From the IMG/VR virus record IMGVR_UViG_3300031555_001469: a stretch of 64,000 bases of DNA. The stretch is one strand, 5' to 3'. The notes under the pieces are model-generated. The model was not told where the DNA came from. It did no database searches and saw only the letters and a list, made by a program, of their open reading frames with translations. This document shows, in pieces, positions 59,398 through 64,000 of this stretch. The position numbers were made by a program, and so were the translations under genes. Source of the DNA: a virus. Its lineage: Duplodnaviria; Caudoviricetes. The first letter of the stretch is position 1, and the number at the start of each line of letters is the position of its first letter.

Positions 59398-62115
59398 TTA
59401 CGCAGCCATTGCATCAAATATAATGTTACCACCCGACAGGCTGCTCTTATCAGGAGATTTCAATTGGATAATATCACACATGGAGTGATCAATTTCATTG
59501 TTATGAGAAATCATAACTACCTGTTCACATCCCAATTTAATAATAAGTTCATCCAATACCTGTAAGAACTGAATTCTGTTGTGGCTATCAAGACCACCAT
59601 CGATTTCATCAAGCTTTAAAATATTGTATTTAGTAGATGATTGAAGAAGCATAGCAAAGCTTATAATCATACTAATCATACAAATCTGTCCTGTACTCAT
59701 TGATGATACATCATCATTAGGTAAACCAGAACCGATACATGGAATCTTAAACTCATCTTCATTGATGACAAATGGTAATAATTTATATTCCCCGTCAAAG
59801 AAGTTAGTTAATAAAGCATTAGCTAAATCGATAATCTTACTCATATAAATATCAATAAAGATTGTACTAATTCCTGAACTAGGGGAACTATAATGCTTAA
59901 TCTTTTCTACCTTATTATACTTAGCTAAATAGATATCTCTGTCTCTCTTATAGTCTTCTAAAGAACTAAGAGAGTGCTTGATAACGTCCAGCTTAGCATT
60001 CAGTACATTGATATTATTATTGATTTTTTCGTTTTCCTCTGTAAGTATACTGATTGCTGTAATAAAATTCGAAATCTCACTCATTTCTTTCTCACACTGT
60101 TCTAAACTGGTTGTCTGAGAAAGTAGTTTAGAATTTTTATCATTAAATTCTTTAATCTGAGTCATAAGAATCTCAAATCTAGATTCTCTATCTACAATAG
60201 TAGATATAAGATTATCTATTCGATTCTTTTCATTTCTCCAGTTTTCAATATCAGAAGACATCTTCTCAACCTTAGCATTTAATTCATTAATATCTTCCTG
60301 AATTTGGTTGATGAGATCAAATTTAGATTTATAAATTCTTCTTTCATTCTGAAGAGTTTCTAAATCCTTTTTATAAGTATGATACTGCTCAATCATATTG
60401 GCAATATCAAGGTATGCTATAATAGCATATATATCTTGGAAGTTATCGTGGGATAATAATTTCTTAATAAATACTTCTCTATCAGAAAAAATAAATCCGT
60501 TAGGTAACTTCTTTAAGATTATACCAAAACTATCAATATATCTATATATTGAAGTAAGACTAGAATTACAAGACATAATTTCATTATAAAATAATAACGA
60601 ATCGGATACCTCTTTGATTCTATCATTAATCTGGAAAAGTTCTTTCTGTAATTCTCCTACAGATTCTAATTCTCTTTTAGCTTCTAATGCAGCTTTAATA
60701 AAAGAACAGGAATCTATCTTACAATCAGAAGGTCTCTTTTCGAGAGCTTCCATCGTTTTCATCAATGAGTCAGATACAGAAATCTTAGATTCAATTTCAA
60801 TCTTTTGTCTCATTAAATCATCTAACTCTTTTTGTAAACCAGGACCATACTGGATAGCTTTAGATAAGATAGACTGTTCGATAGTATCTCTGATCACATC
60901 GTCAGAGAATCTATCTCTAAATCCATCTACTACACTCTTAAGCTCCTTTAATGTATTAAGTCCGATTACATATTCATCTTTAGTTAAGATATCCAAATTA
61001 TCAATTCCGATAGAACCGAATAATTCAACTATCTCTTTAATCTTTGCATTATACTGAGAAATTAACTCGTTGATATTCTTATGAGTAACTTCAGAATTAA
61101 GTGCAGCAAGTCTTTCAATCTTACTATCAAGATTCTGTACTTCACTATTTCTAAGACCCATTGTTTCATTAATCTTAGATTCGTACATGCTAGAACGAAG
61201 CTCTAAATCTGACTTAGCTTTCTTATCTTTTTCATACACAGTAAATACATCAGCAATACTCTCGATACCAAGTATAGACAATACTCTATCAATATTCTGC
61301 TGGATAGGTCTTATATCCTTATTTAAGATATCTATAGATTGCTTAATTTCTGCATAAGTACTCTGGATTCGACCATTAGGATCTAATCTCCCTACGTTAG
61401 CATCAGCTATATTAATCTCTCTTAAGTTAGCAGCTCTGCGTTTATCCAACTCAGCAAGCTGACTTAAGATAGAATTCTTTGTTGCGTTTAGAGTATCTTC
61501 ATCTCCAAGAGATGCTATATTCTTACTAAGGGTATTAACCATAGATCTAAATATAGAAGACTTCTTAGCTAAAGTCTTATAGATAGCATTATAAGTTTCT
61601 AAATTATTTAAAATAGAAGTCACAAACTTTTTTCTTTCTGCAGGCTTCTTATCAACTAATCCTCTATTCTCAGAACTTAACTGAGATAGAGCCATAAAGT
61701 TTGAATCGAGGCTAAGCAGAGAAAAAATAATATCCTTACAGTCGGATATATTTCCATTAGGAGTCAAATTCTCCCCGTTCTTATAGACATAACCTTTTGT
61801 GGTTTGTCTAGTCCATTTTTCTTTTCCTTCGAAATCTCTAGCACATTTTACCGGATGAATGTAGATAATGGAATAAAGATTTCCATTATCGATAATCTCA
61901 ATAATCTTTTGCGCTTCTCTGTAAAAAATAAAACTACTGTTGTCATCAGGTAAAGGGGATAATGCAGCGAGTATAGTAGATTTACCGCTACCATTAGCCC
62001 CTCTAATAATCACCTTATTATATTTACACTTTGTGAAATCAATAAAGATTTCGTCTTTTCCTAAACCATTGTATATACCAATGTATCCTTTAAGGGTAAG
62101 CGATTTAAATCTCAT
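59398..62115 (-). CDS. sbcC: SbcC/Rad50-like SMC ATPase
   Basis: GANGSGKS, Q-loop LSQ, long coiled coils, central CKIDSC, MSTGQ signature, LKLDEIDGGLD, ISHN. Confidence 0.88.
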   Translation of the reverse strand: MRFKSLTLKGYIGIYNGLGKDEIFIDFTKCKYNKVIIRGANGSGKSTILAALSPLPDDNSSFIFYREAQKIIEIIDNGNLYSIIYIHPVKCARDFEGKEKWTRQTTKGYVYKNGENLTPNGNISDCKDIIFSLLSLDSNFMALSQLSSENRGLVDKKPAERKKFVTSILNNLETYNAIYKTLAKKSSIFRSMVNTLSKNIASLGDEDTLNATKNSILSQLAELDKRRAANLREINIADANVGRLDPNGRIQSTYAEIKQSIDILNKDIRPIQQNIDRVLSILGIESIADVFTVYEKDKKAKSDLELRSSMYESKINETMGLRNSEVQNLDSKIERLAALNSEVTHKNINELISQYNAKIKEIVELFGSIGIDNLDILTKDEYVIGLNTLKELKSVVDGFRDRFSDDVIRDTIEQSILSKAIQYGPGLQKELDDLMRQKIEIESKISVSDSLMKTMEALEKRPSDCKIDSCSFIKAALEAKRELESVGELQKELFQINDRIKEVSDSLLFYNEIMSCNSSLTSIYRYIDSFGIILKKLPNGFIFSDREVFIKKLLSHDNFQDIYAIIAYLDIANMIEQYHTYKKDLETLQNERRIYKSKFDLINQIQEDINELNAKVEKMSSDIENWRNEKNRIDNLISTIVDRESRFEILMTQIKEFNDKNSKLLSQTTSLEQCEKEMSEISNFITAISILTEENEKINNNINVLNAKLDVIKHSLSSLEDYKRDRDIYLAKYNKVEKIKHYSSPSSGISTIFIDIYMSKIIDLANALLTNFFDGEYKLLPFVINEDEFKIPCIGSGLPNDDVSSMSTGQICMISMIISFAMLLQSSTKYNILKLDEIDGGLDSHNRIQFLQVLDELIIKLGCEQVVMISHNNEIDHSMCDIIQLKSPDKSSLSGGNIIFDAMAA

Positions 62116-62148
62116 GTCTAATCCCTCCTTTATAGGTATGTCTGAGGG

Positions 62149-62442
62149 TTAGTTACTTTTGAATAAAGTACCAGTTCTAATTTGATACTCTGTACGCTCA
62201 TCATATAAAGGTCTTGGGATATCCTGTTCCCAATCAATTCTATAAGTTTTCCCACAACGAGTACACTTCATATATATCAGATGCTTATTTTTATTAAGCA
62301 TATTCATGACGTCAGCTTTATTTGTATTGAATCGGAGTATATCGTAATATCCGATTGCGGAATCATATTGATTAAAAATATCAATTGTATTTGAATTACA
62401 TTCTCTACAGAACGTAGGTGGTTTTCTTATAATAGGTTTCAT
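62149..62442 (-). CDS. Zn-ribbon protein
   Basis: CREC...CTRC; GGAGGT SD before ATG 62442. Confidence 0.65.
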   Translation of the reverse strand: MKPIIRKPPTFCRECNSNTIDIFNQYDSAIGYYDILRFNTNKADVMNMLNKNKHLIYMKCTRCGKTYRIDWEQDIPRPLYDERTEYQIRTGTLFKSN

Positions 62443-62495
62443 TAGTCTTACCTCCAAAAAGTACCCCGAGAAGAGTAGATCTTCTCGGGGCCATT

Positions 62496-62795
62496 TTACT
62501 TGTTTGCCTTATTAGCTTTGAAACTAGCAACAACGTTCCTAAAAGTTTCATAACCGCCAGTAGCGGCCCAGCCTAACATTACACCCTTAAGGATTTTGAC
62601 GATAATCTCACCCTCAATAAATGGCGTAAACACAGCAACTACCGCAGAAATAACTGCGATTATTGCAGGAATATAATCATTGTTAATAGGCGTAGCCTTC
62701 TTGATTATTTCAGCAAGAACGAACGCAAACATAACAACGAACATACCTTCCTCCAATAAAGTTTCATACAAAAACGTAGTAATCATTTCTTCCAT
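62496..62795 (-). CDS. Putative holin
   Basis: 99 aa, 2-3 TM segments, IIK...NDYIP...G...GWAATGGYE, basic C-terminus. Confidence 0.7.
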   Translation of the reverse strand: MEEMITTFLYETLLEEGMFVVMFAFVLAEIIKKATPINNDYIPAIIAVISAVVAVFTPFIEGEIIVKILKGVMLGWAATGGYETFRNVVASFKANKANK

Positions 62796-62846
62796 GATAA
62801 TACCTCCTTATATTTTGTATTATCATAATGTTTCAATAATTACCAA

Positions 62847-63563
62847 TTATCTTTCTAAAATTTTACCGTCAAGAAGTTCCATCAAATCATAACGGTTAAC
62901 CATATCCACTATTCTTTCAGAACCACTATAGTCTCCATGAATAGGGTCACTAATAGTAACTTTATGAGAATATAGAGCCATCACTATCGGAGCTTGGTCA
63001 TATATTCTTTCTGTTATTGTACCTATCGGTGCATTAGGTTTAATCATATCAACGATAAATCTAAATATTCTAGATAATTCGCTGATATATTTTTCATTGG
63101 TAGGTAACTGATAAGCACGATTCTTAGGAACTTTCCTATCAAAATCTTCTGGCTTAATTGACACCTTTCCATCTTTTATGTCATAATCCTTAGCATATCC
63201 TAAGAAATTATTAGACCCATCATATATCTTATAACAATAAGGATGTGATGGAGTCGGCTTTAATCTTCTAAGATGATTGAGAAGATTCGTTACAAAGATA
63301 ACAAAGATTACCCTAGTACCTGTCGAATCATCTACATTAACCATCTCATAACTTATATCAGTATCAACCTCATCATAGATAAAACACATATCGAGATTAC
63401 CAAACAGATTCTTAAATCTGAATCGGCAATTAGATACATCATATCCACCATACGATAAGGCTTTACTTACCATATCAGATACTTTCATTTCATATTCTAC
63501 ATTGCTGAAAATACCTTCATTAAAAGTGCTTATAATCTTAATAAGCATATTGTCTTTATTCAT
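62847..63563 (-). CDS. Hypothetical protein
   Basis: 238-aa ORF with SD. Confidence 0.6.
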   Translation of the reverse strand: MNKDNMLIKIISTFNEGIFSNVEYEMKVSDMVSKALSYGGYDVSNCRFRFKNLFGNLDMCFIYDEVDTDISYEMVNVDDSTGTRVIFVIFVTNLLNHLRRLKPTPSHPYCYKIYDGSNNFLGYAKDYDIKDGKVSIKPEDFDRKVPKNRAYQLPTNEKYISELSRIFRFIVDMIKPNAPIGTITERIYDQAPIVMALYSHKVTISDPIHGDYSGSERIVDMVNRYDLMELLDGKILER

Positions 63564-63577
63564 AATATTTTCCTTTC

Positions 63578-63897
63578 TTAGAAAATAGTTACAGTAAATG
63601 GGTTTTCTTTATTAGTCCCTTTTACGACCTTAGGTTCAAAATATTGCTCTTCTTCAATACTTCTGCCCCATTCAGTATCAGGAACATAGAAAAGCCCCCG
63701 TCTTGTCATAGGATGCTCAGTTAAGCATTTCGGGCAAATACCTTTAATAGACGATTTATATAAATCGCTTGCTACAGGCATACCATTATCGTTTAATGTA
63801 ACACTTACCATATCAGACAGTACCACATTTAGTGGGGATCTGCATTCTCTGCAGACCCCTGGTGGAAGCTGTATATAGGTTTGATTAATTCATCCAT
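63578..63897 (-). pseudogene. Zn-ribbon protein paralogous to 62149..62442, interrupted by a 1-nt frameshift near 63873
   Basis: SD plus ATG 63897 gives MDELIKPI then a stop at codon 23; the adjacent frame reads IQLPPGVCREC...CPKC. Confidence 0.55.
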
Positions 63898-63909
63898 GAT
63901 ACTACCTCC

Positions 63910-64000
63910 CTATTTACGTGGTTTCGTATACGAAATCTTATCCATTTCACCAGTGATAAGAACTTTCGCATCAGAAAATCTACACTTAGATGGATCTTTT
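63910..64000 (-). CDS. C-terminal end of a CDS entering from beyond the window
   Basis: ...KDPSKCRFSDAKVLITGEMDKISYTKPRK then TAG at 63910-63912. Confidence 0.5.
   Translation of the reverse strand, partial: KDPSKCRFSDAKVLITGEMDKISYTKPRK

Noticed and set aside
1-64000. Stop-codon reassignment as in some gut phages
   Set aside because: Core genes are full length under the standard code and coding density is high.

Overview
AT-rich, densely coding 64-kb segment of a jumbo myophage of the phiKZ/AR9(PBS1)-like type. The host is probably an anaerobic Firmicute (inferred from the amidase/GH73 lysin, the LPD28 gene and O2-sensitive radical SAM enzymes). Core genes recognisable from motifs: major capsid candidate, T4 gp21-type prohead protease, terminase, portal, tail sheath and tube, several tail fibres, a split multisubunit RNA polymerase beta' piece, a family B DNA polymerase split into two distant genes, SF2 helicase, SbcC/Rad50, thymidylate kinase, holin and one tRNA(CAT). 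The most unusual feature is at 8.5-20.7 kb: two radical SAM/SPASM maturases, an accessory protein and three very long Cys-repeat proteins (about 46, 57 and 80 Cys) sit among tail-fibre genes and behind the same AAC[A/T]-N6-TA promoter motif as the structural genes. This suggests a phage-encoded RiPP-like system that modifies virion proteins. Other observations: an identical hairpin leader in front of both DNA polymerase halves, promoter-to-terminator units without ORFs (candidate sRNAs), a duplicated early-promoter cassette, a shared MG[I/L]Y N-terminus on three proteins and a frameshifted Zn-ribbon paralog. All family assignments come from motif reading and recall; no database search was run.
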